Assembly (NCBI GenBank): GCA_039831155.1 | Contig: JBDONT010000010.1 | Span: 1-45,014, forward strand | Reading direction: 5' to 3' | DNA: 45,014 nucleotides | DNA from: Nautiliaceae bacterium | Lineage (GTDB): Bacteria; Campylobacterota; Campylobacteria; Campylobacterales; Nautiliaceae | Shown here: piece by piece, positions 22,579 through 34,602 of the stretch | Position numbering within the stretch: the stretch's first letter is position 1 | How the letters are laid out: the number at the start of each line of letters is the position of its first letter | Made by a program: the position numbers and the translations under genes | The notes under the pieces: model-generated | What the model was told of the DNA's origin: nothing | What the model saw: only the letters and a program-made list of their open reading frames with translations | Databases searched by the model: none

Positions 22579-23675
22579 TTAAACAACCTTTTTAATTCCA
22601 GATGAGCTAAATAATTTTCTTTTATAGGAGCCGGTTTTTTGAAATATTGAGGCTTCTCTTTATTTAGGATGTAGATGTGTTCCGGTCTATTGAAATTACC
22701 GATAGTAGCTCTTATAAGCTCTTTTTCATCGTCTATTTTAAACACTTTTTCTATATGTATTACGAAGTTGTCGTATATTTTAGGTTTAAAATCCAGATTT
22801 ATAAGTTTTCTTTCAAAGCTGAAATCAAAATTTTCTTCTAGTTTAGGAGATATTTCGTGATTTATCATATAAATATCGTAGATGTTTTTATTCATTTTTC
22901 TCCATCTGTCTTCGTATTTGCTTGATATCTCATAAGGGATGTTTTTTTTTACTTTTAAATCTATCTCTTTAAAACTTAAAAACTCCTTTAAAGAATATTC
23001 GAAGTAGTTTTCACTATCTGTCCTTAGGTGTAAAAACCCATCTTTTTGTAGAGTTCTTATCGATTCTTTGATGAAGTCTTTGTTTATTACTCTTCTGTGA
23101 GGTTTTTTATCCCACGGTACCGGGAAATGTACATAAATGGAGTGAAGATTGTTTGAAGGGATTTTACTTAAAATAATTCTTGCGTCGTGATTTATTATTC
23201 TTATGTTTTCTATTTTTTCGTGAATACATCTTTTTAAGACCTGTTCGATTGAAGGTTTATGGATTTCTATTCCTAATATTGTTTTATCGGGATATTTTTT
23301 TGCCAAATGAATTAAGTGTCTACCGCTTCCAAACCCCACTTCCACTATATCTATATCACTTAGGTCGTCTTCTATCGAAAGTAGGTTTTGATTTGGAATT
23401 TTCTCTTTTATTCCGTTTATGTTTTCAAATAAAACATTAGCTTCGTTTAATTTTACAAAAGCTAAGTATGCTTTTTTTATTTCACTTATAAGTGGTCTTG
23501 TAATTTTGTCGTATTTAACTAAATAGCCGTTATCTTTTTTTAACACTTTTATTAAAAAAGTGGCTTTTTTAGTTTTTACGCCTATTAACTCTTCTGCTTT
23601 GAATAAAAATTCAACATCGTCTACTTTTATAGGAAAATCTGTTTTTTTAAGTTTGTCTATTACTATATGCGGCAT
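22575..23675 (-). CDS. trmB: tRNA (guanine-N7)-methyltransferase
   Basis: EVGFGSGRHL, HFPVPWDKKPHRRV, RTD, SKYE. Confidence 0.95.
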   Translation of the reverse strand: MPHIVIDKLKKTDFPIKVDDVEFLFKAEELIGVKTKKATFLIKVLKKDNGYLVKYDKITRPLISEIKKAYLAFVKLNEANVLFENINGIKEKIPNQNLLSIEDDLSDIDIVEVGFGSGRHLIHLAKKYPDKTILGIEIHKPSIEQVLKRCIHEKIENIRIINHDARIILSKIPSNNLHSIYVHFPVPWDKKPHRRVINKDFIKESIRTLQKDGFLHLRTDSENYFEYSLKEFLSFKEIDLKVKKNIPYEISSKYEDRWRKMNKNIYDIYMINHEISPKLEENFDFSFERKLINLDFKPKIYDNFVIHIEKVFKIDDEKELIRATIGNFNRPEHIYILNKEKPQYFKKPAPIKENYLAHLELKRLFK

Positions 23676-24841
23676 TAGTAACTAACCTTTACTTCTATTG
23701 GATTTGAGATAAGTCCGTATTTGTCTACGGAGTATATTTTGTATTGGTATGTTTTTTTGTGCTGAATGTTCGTATCTGTGAAAACGTTTGATTTAGTAAT
23801 ATATTTTTGCTTTCCTTTTATAATCAAATATTTTACCGCACGGTTATCCGGAGATGATAGGAGAAGTTCTATTTTGTTGTTTAAAATATTTGTAGAAACT
23901 AGAGGTTTTGCCGGTATTGGCAGACTCTCTCCTAAAACTTCCGGAGATTTATCAAGTAATGATTCCGTATCGTGAATACTTACGGCGGTTATTTTGTAGT
24001 ATTTTTTTGCTCCGTCTTTATTTACTTTATCTATAAAAAAGGTTGAAGTTGTTTTGGCTATGGGTTTGAATCCGAAAAGCTCTTTTTCATATATTTTATA
24101 ATATTTGGCATTTTTTACTTTTTTCCATGTAAGTTGTATTTTTTTCGGTAGGTTGTGTGAGGCTTTTACATCTTGAACGATTGGTGGTTTAGGATAGGTT
24201 GAAACTTTTAAAATATTGGAAGGTAAAGATTTTAGTCCGTCAAAACTGTAAGCGATAATTCTATATTTGTATGTTTTCCCGTCTTTTAGATTTTTGTCTA
24301 TATATTCTACGTTGTATCTTGGTGTAAGGTTTGCTATGTTTTCCCATTTGGTGGATTTGTCGTTAAATTTTTGGATTATATATCCTTTTACTCTTTCATT
24401 TTTATGAGGTCTGAAGATTATTTTCACCATTCCTTTATTTAGGGGTTTTATCTCAAGTGGAATTACTTGAGAAATTGTAGGAAGGGTTGTTTGGGATGTT
24501 ACTATGGCAAGTGAGGGGATACCTTTTTTATCGAATGTTGCTATTCTGTATTTATAAAAAGTAGTCGGTTTTAAGTCGGTATCGACGTAAAGAGATTTAA
24601 AAGGATCTTTTATGGTTTTTAGCATTTGCCATTTTTTTGTTTTGAAGTTATATCTTTGTATGTAGTATCCGGAAATATTTTTTACTACACTCCATTTTAA
24701 TGCCATTGCGTTTCTGTCCGGATAAGCTTTGAAGTCGGTCACTTTAGGTAGATTCGGATTGGATTTCGGTGCCGGTTTATTGTTTATTGCACAGCCGGTT
24801 ATAATTATTAAACTTGTCAGATAAATTATCAATCTCTTCAT
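23675..24841 (-). CDS. Fibronectin type III repeat lipoprotein (FlpA-like)
   Basis: Lipobox ITGC; repeated FN3 motifs (L.W, Y.D..L, YKYRI.A). Confidence 0.85.
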   Translation of the reverse strand: MKRLIIYLTSLIIITGCAINNKPAPKSNPNLPKVTDFKAYPDRNAMALKWSVVKNISGYYIQRYNFKTKKWQMLKTIKDPFKSLYVDTDLKPTTFYKYRIATFDKKGIPSLAIVTSQTTLPTISQVIPLEIKPLNKGMVKIIFRPHKNERVKGYIIQKFNDKSTKWENIANLTPRYNVEYIDKNLKDGKTYKYRIIAYSFDGLKSLPSNILKVSTYPKPPIVQDVKASHNLPKKIQLTWKKVKNAKYYKIYEKELFGFKPIAKTTSTFFIDKVNKDGAKKYYKITAVSIHDTESLLDKSPEVLGESLPIPAKPLVSTNILNNKIELLLSSPDNRAVKYLIIKGKQKYITKSNVFTDTNIQHKKTYQYKIYSVDKYGLISNPIEVKVSY

Positions 24842-25706
24842 TTTGAATTCCTTTTGGTAAATTTTGTATAAAATCATCAAATAACGGTGCAATTATACTA
24901 AGTTTTTTCCCTCTTGGATGAATAAAATATATTTCCCTTGCGTGAAGCATTACGCGAGGAGTTTTTTGGTCTTTTTTTCCATAAGTCGTATCTCCTAGGA
25001 TATATCTTCCAAGTTTTGTCAAATGTACTCTTATCTGATGAGTCCGGCCGCTAAATAGTTTTGCTGCCGTTAGGTTTTCAAATATTGGAATAAAAAGGGT
25101 TTTTGCTTCTTTTCCGTTGGGAACTATAGCCATTTTAAGTCTGTTTTTAGGGTTTCTGGCAATTGGGGCGTTTATGCATTTAGCTTCTTTTAAAGGTTCG
25201 TTTAAAAGCATTAAATAGTATCTTCCCATCGATTTGTCTTTTAGTTGGTTGCTTAAAAATTCGTGGGTTTTGTTGTTTTTGGCAATTACCAAAGCCCCGC
25301 TTGTCTCTTTATCTATTCTATGGACTATTCCGAATCTCTCATCTCCTGCTATTGTAGAGAGTGAAAAGCCTTTTTCTTTTAGCCAGTCAACCAGTGTCGC
25401 TTCTTTGTAGCTTGGAGCCGGATGAACTACAATACCCGGTGGTTTATTGATAACCAGCAAATCTTCGTCTTCATATAATATAGGTATTTCAAAATCGGCT
25501 TTTTTAGGGGTAAATTCTTCTTTTTGAGGGAAGTTTATTTCAATTACGTCGTTTTCTTTTAATTTAATGCCGCCTTTTTTTATTTTTTTACCGTTGATTA
25601 GTACGGCTTCTTTTTTTATTAGCTGTTCTATTTGGTTTCTTGAAATGTTTAACTCTTTTGATAAAAATTTATCTATCCTTTGAGCTTCTTTACTTATTAA
25701 TTTCAA
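24777..25706 (-). CDS. rluD: RluA/RluD-family pseudouridine synthase
   Basis: S4 domain, NKPPGIVVHP, GIVHRIDKETSG, GRTHQIRVH. Confidence 0.9.
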   Translation of the reverse strand: MKLISKEAQRIDKFLSKELNISRNQIEQLIKKEAVLINGKKIKKGGIKLKENDVIEINFPQKEEFTPKKADFEIPILYEDEDLLVINKPPGIVVHPAPSYKEATLVDWLKEKGFSLSTIAGDERFGIVHRIDKETSGALVIAKNNKTHEFLSNQLKDKSMGRYYLMLLNEPLKEAKCINAPIARNPKNRLKMAIVPNGKEAKTLFIPIFENLTAAKLFSGRTHQIRVHLTKLGRYILGDTTYGKKDQKTPRVMLHAREIYFIHPRGKKLSIIAPLFDDFIQNLPKGIQNEEIDNLSDKFNNYNRLCNKQ

Positions 25707-25758
25707 TAAATAACCTTTTTTGTTACAATTTTATCAAAATTTAATTTTAAACGTAGGG

Positions 25759-25787
25759 TTGACAAAACCGAACATTTTAACTAAAAT
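25759..25787 (+). promoter_or_regulatory. Sigma70 promoter of rho
   Basis: TTGACA-N17-TAAAAT. Confidence 0.7.
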
Positions 25788-25836
25788 CGCAAAATTAAAA
25801 ACTACAATTAACTACAAAACTCTTACAAGGATATTT

Positions 25837-27138
25837 ATGGAACAAGAAACTACCACTAAAAAACAGAGAACTCATATACCGGTTGAAGGGTATACTATAG
25901 AGGATTTAAGAAGTAAAACTACCGAAGAACTTATTAAAATAGCTACCGAACTTAGCGTTGAAAATCCGCAGGAATATAAAAGACAAGATTTGATGTTTGA
26001 GATACTTAAGGCTCAAGTTCAACAGGGAGGATATCTGTTATTTACCGGAATTCTGGAAATAATGCCCGACGGTTACGGTTTTTTAAGAAGTATAGGGGGA
26101 AATTTTGAAAACTCTTTAAATGATGTTTACGTATCTCAAACTCAAATCAGACGTTTTGCACTTCGTACGGGGGATATTGTAACAGGTCAGGTTAGACCTC
26201 CAAAAGACCAGGAAAAATATTACGCTTTACTTAAAATAGAGGCAATTAACTACCTTCCACCGGAAGAAGCGAAACAAAGACCTCTTTTTGATAACTTAAC
26301 TCCTCTTTACCCTCAAGATAAAATAAAACTTGAATACGAACCTACAAAATTAACCGGTAGGGTTCTTGATTTGTTCGCACCTATTGGAAAAGGTCAAAGA
26401 GGGCTTATAGTTGCTCCTCCAAGAAGTGGTAAGACGGTATTTTTAAAAGAGATAGCACACGGAATTACAAAAAATCATCCGGAAGTTGATTTAATGGTTT
26501 TATTAATAGACGAAAGACCGGAAGAAGTTACCGATATGCAAAGAAGCGTAAAAGGTGAGGTTTACTCTTCAACTTTTGACAAACCGGCTCAAAACCACGT
26601 AAGAGTTGCAGAACTTGTAATAGAAAAAGCGAAAAGAATGGTTGAAATGGGTAAAGATGTTGTAATTTTACTTGATTCAATTACCCGTCTTGCCAGAGCT
26701 TATAATACCGTAACACCGGCAAGTGGAAAAGTACTTAGTGGTGGAGTTGACGCAAACGCTCTTCATAAGCCTAAAAGATTTTTCGGGGCTGCAAGAAACA
26801 TAGAAGAGGGTGGAAGTTTAACGATTATTGCAACTGCCTTAATTGAAACCGGTTCTAAAATGGATGAGGTTATTTTTGAAGAGTTTAAAGGTACGGGTAA
26901 TATGGAAGCGGTGCTTAGCCGTAGAATTGCAGATAGAAGAATTTATCCGGCAATTGATATTTTAAAATCAGGTACCAGAAAAGAGGAGTTACTGCTGACT
27001 CCGGAAGAACTTGCCAAGGTTTGGGCTATTAGGAATATTATTAGTGAAATGGATGAGGTTGAAGCACTTAAACTTATGTACTCAAAAATGCTAAAAACCA
27101 AAAACAATCAGGAGTTTTTAAGTATTATAAATGAATAG
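25837..27138 (+). CDS. rho: Transcription termination factor Rho
   Basis: [41 protein letters not shown] 25837 after AAGGA. Confidence 0.99.
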   Translation: MEQETTTKKQRTHIPVEGYTIEDLRSKTTEELIKIATELSVENPQEYKRQDLMFEILKAQVQQGGYLLFTGILEIMPDGYGFLRSIGGNFENSLNDVYVSQTQIRRFALRTGDIVTGQVRPPKDQEKYYALLKIEAINYLPPEEAKQRPLFDNLTPLYPQDKIKLEYEPTKLTGRVLDLFAPIGKGQRGLIVAPPRSGKTVFLKEIAHGITKNHPEVDLMVLLIDERPEEVTDMQRSVKGEVYSSTFDKPAQNHVRVAELVIEKAKRMVEMGKDVVILLDSITRLARAYNTVTPASGKVLSGGVDANALHKPKRFFGAARNIEEGGSLTIIATALIETGSKMDEVIFEEFKGTGNMEAVLSRRIADRRIYPAIDILKSGTRKEELLLTPEELAKVWAIRNIISEMDEVEALKLMYSKMLKTKNNQEFLSIINE

Positions 27139-27871
27139 ATGCGGGATTTTTGATAGTGGAGTAGGAGGCTTAAGCGTAGCCTCCGAAATTTTAAAATCTA
27201 AACTTTTTGATGAAATTATCTATTATGGAGATACTGCCAGAGTCCCTTACGGAAACAAAAACGAATCTACAATCATCAGATATTCTCTTGAAGCTTTGGA
27301 ATTTCTTAAAAATTTTGACATTAACTTTTTAATAGTCGCTTGTAATTCGGCAAGCTCTGTTGCTTTGGAAGAACTTAAGAAAGAGGCTTCTTTTCCGGTT
27401 GTAGGGGTTATTGAAGCCGGAGTTAAAGCAGTAGAAAAAGAAAAAAAAGATTCTAATATTCTTCTAATAGGTACAAAAAGAACAATATCCTCAAATAAAT
27501 ATCAGGAGATGTTAAAAAAAAGAGGATTTAAAAATATTATAGCAAAACCTACACCTCTTTTAGTGCCGTTAGTGGAAGAGGGGATAGTTGAGGGAAAAAT
27601 AGTTGATGAGGTTTTTGATTTTTATTTTTCGGATATAAAAAAAGAAGAGATAGATATTGTGATTTTGGGGTGTACTCATTATCCTTTTTTATCTAAAAGT
27701 ATAGGAAATTATTTTTATAACGCAAAGCTGATTCATTCCGGTCAGGCTATAGTTGAAATGTTGGAGAATGAGTATGGATTAGAAAAAAAAGAAAAAACAA
27801 CTATTGAATGTTTTGCGAGTGATAATGTCGAAGAGCTTAGAAAAAAAGCGAAAGAGTGGCTTGAAGGTTAG
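27131..27871 (+). CDS. murI: Glutamate racemase
   Basis: [23 protein letters not shown]. Confidence 0.97.
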   Translation: MNRCGIFDSGVGGLSVASEILKSKLFDEIIYYGDTARVPYGNKNESTIIRYSLEALEFLKNFDINFLIVACNSASSVALEELKKEASFPVVGVIEAGVKAVEKEKKDSNILLIGTKRTISSNKYQEMLKKRGFKNIIAKPTPLLVPLVEEGIVEGKIVDEVFDFYFSDIKKEEIDIVILGCTHYPFLSKSIGNYFYNAKLIHSGQAIVEMLENEYGLEKKEKTTIECFASDNVEELRKKAKEWLEG

Positions 27872-28503
27872 TTTTTTTCAAGTTTAAATATTTGAGGTTT
27901 TAATACGATTTCTTGCACTACCAGATGTTTTGGAGCATTTATTATATATTTTACTATTTGGGCTATGTCTTTTGGTTTTATGTGAGCCATTTCTTCGGAT
28001 GAGGGTTTGAAGTAGGTATTGTTGTGAAAATTTGTAAGTGTCAAATCGGGAATAATAGTGCAAACCTTGACTCCGGATTTTCTTACCTCTTCAAAAAGAG
28101 AGTTTCCAAAGTGTCTAAGGGCGGCTTTTGTAGCAGCGTATACAACTCCTTGACGTGCCGGATAGGTTGCCGAAGTTGAAGAGATATTTATAATAAAGCC
28201 TCTGTTTTTTTTAATTTCTTTTAAATGGTTTTTGGTTAAAATCATAGGGGCTAAAAAATTTACGTTTATCATCTCTTTTATTTGTTCTATTTTAATATCT
28301 TCAAATTGACCGAAATAGCCGACCCCGGCATTATGAATAATACCTATTATATTTTTGAATTTTAATTTTTCCACTTCTTTTATATTGTTTAAATCGGTAG
28401 AATAAGAGCAGTTTCTGCAAATATCTATAATTTCAAATTCTTTTAACTCCTCTTTTATCGCTTTTCCTATGCCACTGCTAGCACCGGTTAGAATAATTTT
28501 CAT
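27868..28503 (-). CDS. Short-chain dehydrogenase/reductase
   Basis: TGASSGIG, NAG, YAATK. Confidence 0.92.
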   Translation of the reverse strand: MKIILTGASSGIGKAIKEELKEFEIIDICRNCSYSTDLNNIKEVEKLKFKNIIGIIHNAGVGYFGQFEDIKIEQIKEMINVNFLAPMILTKNHLKEIKKNRGFIINISSTSATYPARQGVVYAATKAALRHFGNSLFEEVRKSGVKVCTIIPDLTLTNFHNNTYFKPSSEEMAHIKPKDIAQIVKYIINAPKHLVVQEIVLKPQIFKLEKN

Positions 28504-29138
28504 TTTTCTTCTTTTAAGAGAGATTTTAGCTTTTCTTTATTGGTAACTTTTATCGATTTTTCACAGTAGCAGATAATTTCTTGTGCTTTTAGTTTACTTA
28601 AAATTCTGCTTAAGGTTTCGGCACTCATTCCAAGCTCTTTTGCTAAAAGATATTTTTTCTTTTTGACAAATTTTTGAGGGAAATTTAAAAGCGTATAAAT
28701 AACTCTTTTTGTTGCGTCGTATTTTTGGAGTTTATTAAATTCAATCTCTTGCATAATCTGGTTGCTTAGCATTTTTATGATTCTGTCACTAAAAGGAGGG
28801 TTTGAAATAAGAGGTTTAAATTTTGTAAAGTCTATTTTTACTATTTCGCACTCACTTTCGGTTTTTGCGTTTAAACAGTAAGGTCTGTTTTGAATTTGAG
28901 AGATAAGACCGAAGATGTCTCCACATCCGAATTGGCTTTTTGGGATAATGTTTCCTTTTAAATCCACATCGTACATTAGTACGTTGCCGTGAATAATACC
29001 ATAGAAATAGTTGTCTTTTTCACCTTCGTAAAATATTATCTCTTCTTTTTGGTATCTTTTAAAAGAGGCGTAAGAGGAAATCTCCTCAAGTAAAGAGTCT
29101 TCTATATTGAAAAAAAGGGAGAGTTTTTTGAGTTTCAC
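28500..29138 (-). CDS. Crp/Fnr-family transcriptional regulator
   Basis: cNMP-like domain (IFYEGE), HTH LAKELGMSAETLSRIL. Confidence 0.9.
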   Translation of the reverse strand: MKLKKLSLFFNIEDSLLEEISSYASFKRYQKEEIIFYEGEKDNYFYGIIHGNVLMYDVDLKGNIIPKSQFGCGDIFGLISQIQNRPYCLNAKTESECEIVKIDFTKFKPLISNPPFSDRIIKMLSNQIMQEIEFNKLQKYDATKRVIYTLLNFPQKFVKKKKYLLAKELGMSAETLSRILSKLKAQEIICYCEKSIKVTNKEKLKSLLKEEK

Positions 29139-30391
29139 GACTCTTCTATTCTTATGAAGTTAATAGGTTTTATCACAAAATCAAGAGTTTCAATCTCTTT
29201 TATCGCTTTTTTGATATCTTTTTCTATAGATTTGTGAGTTGCAAAAAGTAATTTTACGTAACCGTTTTTAGGTTTTTGTAAAAAGCTTTCGATTGAAATA
29301 TTGTTTTTAGCTAAGATATTTGCTATTTTTTCAAGAACTCCTAATCTGTCGTTTACGGCTATTCTTAAGTAGTATTTTGTTTTTATCTCTTCTATCGGTT
29401 TTAGGGAGAGTTTTTGTTCTTCAAGAGGCTTTTTGTATCCTAGCATGGGATTTACATTTCCTCTTGCAATTTCAATTATATCGCTTATAACTGCACTTGC
29501 TGTCGCATCTCCCCCGGCTCCCGGACCGTAATACATCGTCTCGCCTACTACATCGCCAATTACGCTTACTGCATTCGTAACGCCGTCAACTTTTGCTATC
29601 ATTTGAGAGTTTTTAATAAGAGTCGGATGAACTCTTAATTCTACTTTATTATCTGTTTTTTTAGCAATTCCTAAGAGTTTTATTTCATATCCGAATTCTT
29701 TTGCAAACTCAATATCCGTTAAATTTATATTTTCTATACCTTCAATTAAAATATCTTCCGGTTTAGCGTCTATATTGTAAGCAATACTTGCTAAAATCAA
29801 CAGTTTATGAGCTGCGTCATATCCTCCTACGTCAAATGTAGGGTCTGCTTCTGCGTAACCTAATTCTTGAGCTTCTTTTAAAACTTCTTTATAGTTTCTT
29901 CCTTTTTTCATTTCGGTTAGAATGTAGTTGCAAGTTCCGTTTATGATACCTTTTATCTCTTCTATATGGTTTGCACTAAGCCCGTCACGCAGTGCTTTAA
30001 TAATAGGAATTCCACCGGCTACACTAGCTTCGTATTCAAAAGGGGTTGAAGCCAGTTTTTGAAGTTCGAATCTATGGTATGCCAAAAGTGCTTTATTTGC
30101 AGTTACTACTGCTTTTTTGTTTTTTAGAGCGTCTTTTACAACTTCGTAAGCCTCTTCAACTCCACCCATAAGCTCAACTACTATATCGATATCCGGGTCT
30201 TGAGTAACTTTTTTATAATCGGTTACAAGTTCTATGTTTACGTCTCTTTTTTTGTTTAGATTTCTTACAACTCCTCTTTTTACTACTATCTCCTGACCGG
30301 CTCTTGCACTTATTACGTCTTGATTTTTCTGAATATTTTTAACTACACTCTCTCCAACCGTTCCAACTCCTACTATTCCTATCTTAACCAT
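29135..30391 (-). CDS. hom: Homoserine dehydrogenase
   Basis: [23 protein letters not shown]-terminal ACT domain. Confidence 0.97.
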   Translation of the reverse strand: MVKIGIVGVGTVGESVVKNIQKNQDVISARAGQEIVVKRGVVRNLNKKRDVNIELVTDYKKVTQDPDIDIVVELMGGVEEAYEVVKDALKNKKAVVTANKALLAYHRFELQKLASTPFEYEASVAGGIPIIKALRDGLSANHIEEIKGIINGTCNYILTEMKKGRNYKEVLKEAQELGYAEADPTFDVGGYDAAHKLLILASIAYNIDAKPEDILIEGIENINLTDIEFAKEFGYEIKLLGIAKKTDNKVELRVHPTLIKNSQMIAKVDGVTNAVSVIGDVVGETMYYGPGAGGDATASAVISDIIEIARGNVNPMLGYKKPLEEQKLSLKPIEEIKTKYYLRIAVNDRLGVLEKIANILAKNNISIESFLQKPKNGYVKLLFATHKSIEKDIKKAIKEIETLDFVIKPINFIRIEES

Positions 30392-31595
30392 TATTTTCCT
30401 TTAACTCTTTTAAAAAATGCTTTATATTTTTTGCGGCTTGACGAATTCTTTTTTCGTTTTCAATTAAAGCAATTCTTACATAATCATCCCCATATGCTCC
30501 AAATCCGATACCAGGGGATACTGCTATATGAGCTTCTGTGAGTAATCTTTTTGAAAACTCTAGACTTCCTAGATGTCTTGCGACTTTAGGAATTTTAGCC
30601 CATACGAACATACTAGCTTTTGGTTTTTCAATCTCCCATCCGGCATTTGCGAAACTTTCTATTAATACGTCACGTCTGTGTTTATATGTGTCTACTATAT
30701 CTTTTACTAAGTGTTGGTAATCTCTAAGGGCTACTGTAGCTGCTACTTGAATAGGCGTAAACATTCCGTAATCAATCCACGATTTATATTTTTGAAGTGC
30801 ACCTACTAAAACCGGGTTTCCTACTATAAATCCTACTCTCCATCCAGCCATATTGTAGCTTTTAGAAAGGGTAAAGCTCTCAACTGCTACTTCTTTGGCT
30901 CCTTTTGCTTCAAAAATACTAGGAGTTTTGTATCCGTCAAACGTAATATCTGCATAAGCTATATCGCTTATTATAAATAAACCTTCTTCTTTTGCAAAAT
31001 CAACGGCACGTTGATAAAATTCTTTACTTACAGTTACGGTAGTAGGATTGTGAGGGAAGTTTAATACTAAAAATTTAGGTTTTGGTACGGCTTCAATCAT
31101 AGCATGTTTTAGCTGTTCGAAGAATTCATCTTCTTTTAGTTCGTATTTTTCGTTATAGGTTAATTTTACTTTTCTAACACTAGCTCCGGCTAACATAAAA
31201 GCGTATGAATGAATAGGATATGTCGGGTCTGGAACTATTGCCACATCACCTACGTTTGTAATAGCCTGGGTTAAATGAACGTATCCTTCCTTGCTTCCCA
31301 TTGTTACAACCGCTTCGGTTTCCGGGTCGAATGTGACGTTGTAGCGTCTTGCGTACCAGTTACAAATAGCTTCTCTTAGTTTATAAATTCCTTTGCTTAC
31401 CGAATATCTGTGGTTTTTAGGTTTTTGAGCCGCTTCTATTAATTTATCTACAATAGGTTTTGGGGTAGGACCATCCGGGTTTCCCATAGAAAAGTCTATA
31501 ATATCTTCTCCCGCACGTCTTGCTTGGAGTTTTAGTTCGTTTATTACTGCAAATATATAATTTGGGAGTCTTTCTATTCTTTCAAAATGGTTCAT
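30384..31595 (-). CDS. Class I PLP aminotransferase (AlaC / LL-diaminopimelate aminotransferase-like)
   Basis: [23 protein letters not shown]. Confidence 0.9.
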   Translation of the reverse strand: MNHFERIERLPNYIFAVINELKLQARRAGEDIIDFSMGNPDGPTPKPIVDKLIEAAQKPKNHRYSVSKGIYKLREAICNWYARRYNVTFDPETEAVVTMGSKEGYVHLTQAITNVGDVAIVPDPTYPIHSYAFMLAGASVRKVKLTYNEKYELKEDEFFEQLKHAMIEAVPKPKFLVLNFPHNPTTVTVSKEFYQRAVDFAKEEGLFIISDIAYADITFDGYKTPSIFEAKGAKEVAVESFTLSKSYNMAGWRVGFIVGNPVLVGALQKYKSWIDYGMFTPIQVAATVALRDYQHLVKDIVDTYKHRRDVLIESFANAGWEIEKPKASMFVWAKIPKVARHLGSLEFSKRLLTEAHIAVSPGIGFGAYGDDYVRIALIENEKRIRQAAKNIKHFLKELKENNG

Positions 31596-32362
31596 TGTAT
31601 TCCTTTTACATATATTCCACGCTTAAAATTGACTTTTGAAAAATTGTCTTTTACTTTAATATATTTACATTCCTGCGGTATATTCAAATTTATATTTTGT
31701 TGAGAAATTTCTTTTGCAATTATATTTAAAATATTTAAATTTTTATCATAAAAAACTATATAAGGGTACCAATTATCATATTTTGATGTAGTAATTGATA
31801 TTTGTTTAAAACCGTTCGGATTTAACCAGTAAAGACCTTTGGCGTTAATTAATTTTATTTTATCCGAAACTATTCGGATAGCTTCTTTTTTTTCATCTTT
31901 GCAATCTAAGTAATAAGTGTAGTTTTTGTTTTTTATAATTGATTTTACTTTGCATCCTTTTTGAGATATCGTTTGCAAAAATAATAAAGGGTCTATATAA
32001 TGAGCCGATTTCATTTCAATCGTTATTTTAAAAGAGTTTGTTTTTGAAATTGTTGTCGGATAAAAGTAGTAGTAGCCTAAAGTGTTTAAAGTATCATATA
32101 AAGTTTTTGTATTAAAAATAGGATTGTTATTTAAAAATATGAAAGTCGGATGAATGTATTTGGGTTTTTCAAAAAAAATATCTAAAAGACCGTTATTTTG
32201 TAAATAGGAAATTATTTTTTCTAAAGAGGTTTTTTTGTTTAAAATAGGAATTAAAAGAGTTTGATAAGTGTTGAATTTTTCTTTCCCTATTAAGTTTTTA
32301 ATTGCAATCGTATTATTTGCAAAAAGAAAAGAAGCTAAAAAACTTATTAAAAGTTTTTTCAT
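31592..32362 (-). CDS. Exported hypothetical protein
   Basis: Signal peptide; stop/start overlaps within the operon. Confidence 0.75.
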   Translation of the reverse strand: MKKLLISFLASFLFANNTIAIKNLIGKEKFNTYQTLLIPILNKKTSLEKIISYLQNNGLLDIFFEKPKYIHPTFIFLNNNPIFNTKTLYDTLNTLGYYYFYPTTISKTNSFKITIEMKSAHYIDPLLFLQTISQKGCKVKSIIKNKNYTYYLDCKDEKKEAIRIVSDKIKLINAKGLYWLNPNGFKQISITTSKYDNWYPYIVFYDKNLNILNIIAKEISQQNINLNIPQECKYIKVKDNFSKVNFKRGIYVKGIQ

Positions 32363-33129
32363 CTCTCAAACCTGTTCGGTTTTTTCATTATAGTTATATT
32401 ACCGTCTTTTAAAAGAACTCGTATGATTTTTTTCGTATCGGGAAAAAGGGTTTTATTTCCATATGAAATAGTTATATTTCCATGTCCGAATTTAATATAC
32501 CAATTACTTCCCTTTAAAATTTGTTCGTGAGAAGTTAATTTTTCCGTAGATTGATTCGTGTCTATATTTAAAGCTTTAAACCATACTTTTTCATTAGGGA
32601 CTATAATTACCTCTTTAGGATAAGATTTTGATTTACGGATAGTTTTTGATATGTTGGTTTCTTGTTTGTAGATTAATGTTTCGCTTTTATTAGTATCGTT
32701 TATTTCAAAGGATTTTTTCGTAAAGGAAAAAGAAGAGTTATTTTCTTGCTTGTTTAGATTATGTTTTATGATTTTGTCTTTTGGAGAACCGTTATTTTTA
32801 GAATAGGTTTTATATAATAAAAATCCTCCTATAGATAGCAATATAAAAGCTAGGAAAAATAAAAAATAGGTATTATTTTCTTCTTTTATAATTTCTTGGG
32901 TATATTTATTTTCTTTGGAAACTTTAAAAAAGTCGTTATATTCTTGTATTAAGTCGCTTAGGTCGGTTTTAAATTCTTTTTCTATTATTTTAATAAATCC
33001 TAAAAACTTAACACGCGGAATTTTCTCAAACTCTTTATTTTTTATGTACCTTAGAGAAATAGGGGAAATTTTTGTTTTTTTACTTATTTCTTCTATTTCA
33101 TATTTATCAAAAAATTCTTTAGCATTCAT
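32359..33129 (-). CDS. RodZ-like HTH / single-TM protein
   Basis: IEEISKKTKIS HTH, GFIKIIE, one TM, C-terminal VWF domain. Confidence 0.7.
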   Translation of the reverse strand: MNAKEFFDKYEIEEISKKTKISPISLRYIKNKEFEKIPRVKFLGFIKIIEKEFKTDLSDLIQEYNDFFKVSKENKYTQEIIKEENNTYFLFFLAFILLSIGGFLLYKTYSKNNGSPKDKIIKHNLNKQENNSSFSFTKKSFEINDTNKSETLIYKQETNISKTIRKSKSYPKEVIIVPNEKVWFKALNIDTNQSTEKLTSHEQILKGSNWYIKFGHGNITISYGNKTLFPDTKKIIRVLLKDGNITIMKKPNRFER

Positions 33130-33781
33130 TTACAATCCTATCAATTAATATTCCGGCAGCTACCGATACGTTTAGAGAGTCGAAGTTGTTTTTCATATTT
33201 ATGGTTAATATTTTATCAAGTTTTTCTTTTACTTTTTTTCTTAAACCTTCACCTTCATTTCCCATAATAAGAGCTACTTTTTCGGCTTTTACTTTACACT
33301 CTCCACCAAAATCGGCACCGACTATCAAGTAACCTTTTGTTTTTAGGATATTTATAAGTTCTAATATATTGTGAAAAACAACTATCTTCATATCTAAAGC
33401 CGCTCCGGAGCTTGTTCTTATAACTTGAGGCCATTTTAGTTCTTTTATGCTGGTAATTATAAGCAAATCTATTCCTAAAGCATAAGCACTTCTTGTAATA
33501 GCTCCGATATTTCCCATATCGGTTACGTTATCCAGGATTAGTATTTTTGAGCCGTTAATTTCCCACTCTTGAGGTTTGAAATCTATGCTTGCAAAATAAC
33601 CTTGATGGTTTTGATTTTTACTTAATTTTTGAGCCGTTTTATTATCGATAAATTTAATATTAAATTTTTTTAGGTTATTTCGTTCTTTTTTATCAAGTTT
33701 TTTTGAAATTAATAGCTCTTTAACAATGTCGGGGTGATTTTTTATTATGTATTCTACTATTCTTTTTCCATATACTATCAT
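33119..33781 (-). CDS. rlmB: 23S rRNA 2'-O-methyltransferase (TrmH/RlmB family)
   Basis: NHQG, TDMGNIGAITRSA, GNEGEG, SLNVSVA. Confidence 0.88.
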   Translation of the reverse strand: MIVYGKRIVEYIIKNHPDIVKELLISKKLDKKERNNLKKFNIKFIDNKTAQKLSKNQNHQGYFASIDFKPQEWEINGSKILILDNVTDMGNIGAITRSAYALGIDLLIITSIKELKWPQVIRTSSGAALDMKIVVFHNILELINILKTKGYLIVGADFGGECKVKAEKVALIMGNEGEGLRKKVKEKLDKILTINMKNNFDSLNVSVAAGILIDRIVNEC

Positions 33782-33810
33782 AGTTGATATTTTACCATAA
33801 AAAAGTTGAA

Positions 33811-34602
33811 TTATTTTTCGCTATTTAGCAGTTTATATATTTCTTTTGCACTTTTGTCTGAAATTTTGGCTAAAAGTTTTGATTTTTCTTTAAGAGGCAG
33901 TGGAAGGTTTAAAATATCATCATAAGATAAGATTAATTGTTTTTTTGCTTTTTCTTTGTCAATTACCACTACCCATTCGCCTTTTGTATTTGAAAGTTTT
34001 ATATCTTTTACTTTTGCTTTGATGTATGTTTCGTGTATCTTTGTTAGTTCTTTAGCTAAAAATATTTCTCTATCGGGAATTAATTCTTTAAGTTCTTTTA
34101 TTAATTTTTCTATTCTATGTGGGGATTCGTAAAGGATGGCTATTTTTTCAGAATTAATAATCTCTTTTAGCTTATCCGTGCGTTCTTTTCCTTTGTGAGG
34201 TAAAAACATCCAAAAACAAAACTCCCCCTCAAACCCACTTGCAACATATGCGGTAAGTGCGGCGTTGGCTCCCGGGATTATGGTGTATGGAATATCGTTT
34301 TGTTGGCAAAACCGCACCAGTTTACTTCCCGGGTCGCTAATTCCCGGCATTCCGGCATCACTTACATATACGCAGTTTTTTGTTTTTAGAGTTTGGGGAT
34401 TTAGTTTTGAGATGATTTCATTTTCATTGTGAGAGTGCATTGATATGAAATCTTTATTTAAAGGAATTTCTAGGAGATTTAGAAGTTTTTTAGTAACTCT
34501 TGTGTCTTCACACAAGATAATTTGAGCCTCTTTTAGAGCTTCTGTAGCTCTAAAAGAGATGTCTTTAAGATTGCCTATTGGAGTAGGAACTAGACTTAGC
34601 AA
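33811..34602 (-). CDS. rsmI: 16S rRNA C1402 2'-O-methyltransferase
   Basis: PTPIGNL.DIS, CEDTR, SDAGMPGISDPG, ELTKIHE. Confidence 0.96.
   Translation of the reverse strand: MLSLVPTPIGNLKDISFRATEALKEAQIILCEDTRVTKKLLNLLEIPLNKDFISMHSHNENEIISKLNPQTLKTKNCVYVSDAGMPGISDPGSKLVRFCQQNDIPYTIIPGANAALTAYVASGFEGEFCFWMFLPHKGKERTDKLKEIINSEKIAILYESPHRIEKLIKELKELIPDREIFLAKELTKIHETYIKAKVKDIKLSNTKGEWVVVIDKEKAKKQLILSYDDILNLPLPLKEKSKLLAKISDKSAKEIYKLLNSEK

Noticed and set aside
25720-25836. Long N-terminal extensions in the ORF track (rho from 25720; also 327, 17134, 18413, 21076, 24892, 39213)
   Set aside because: Downstream ATGs have better RBS spacing and match expected family starts
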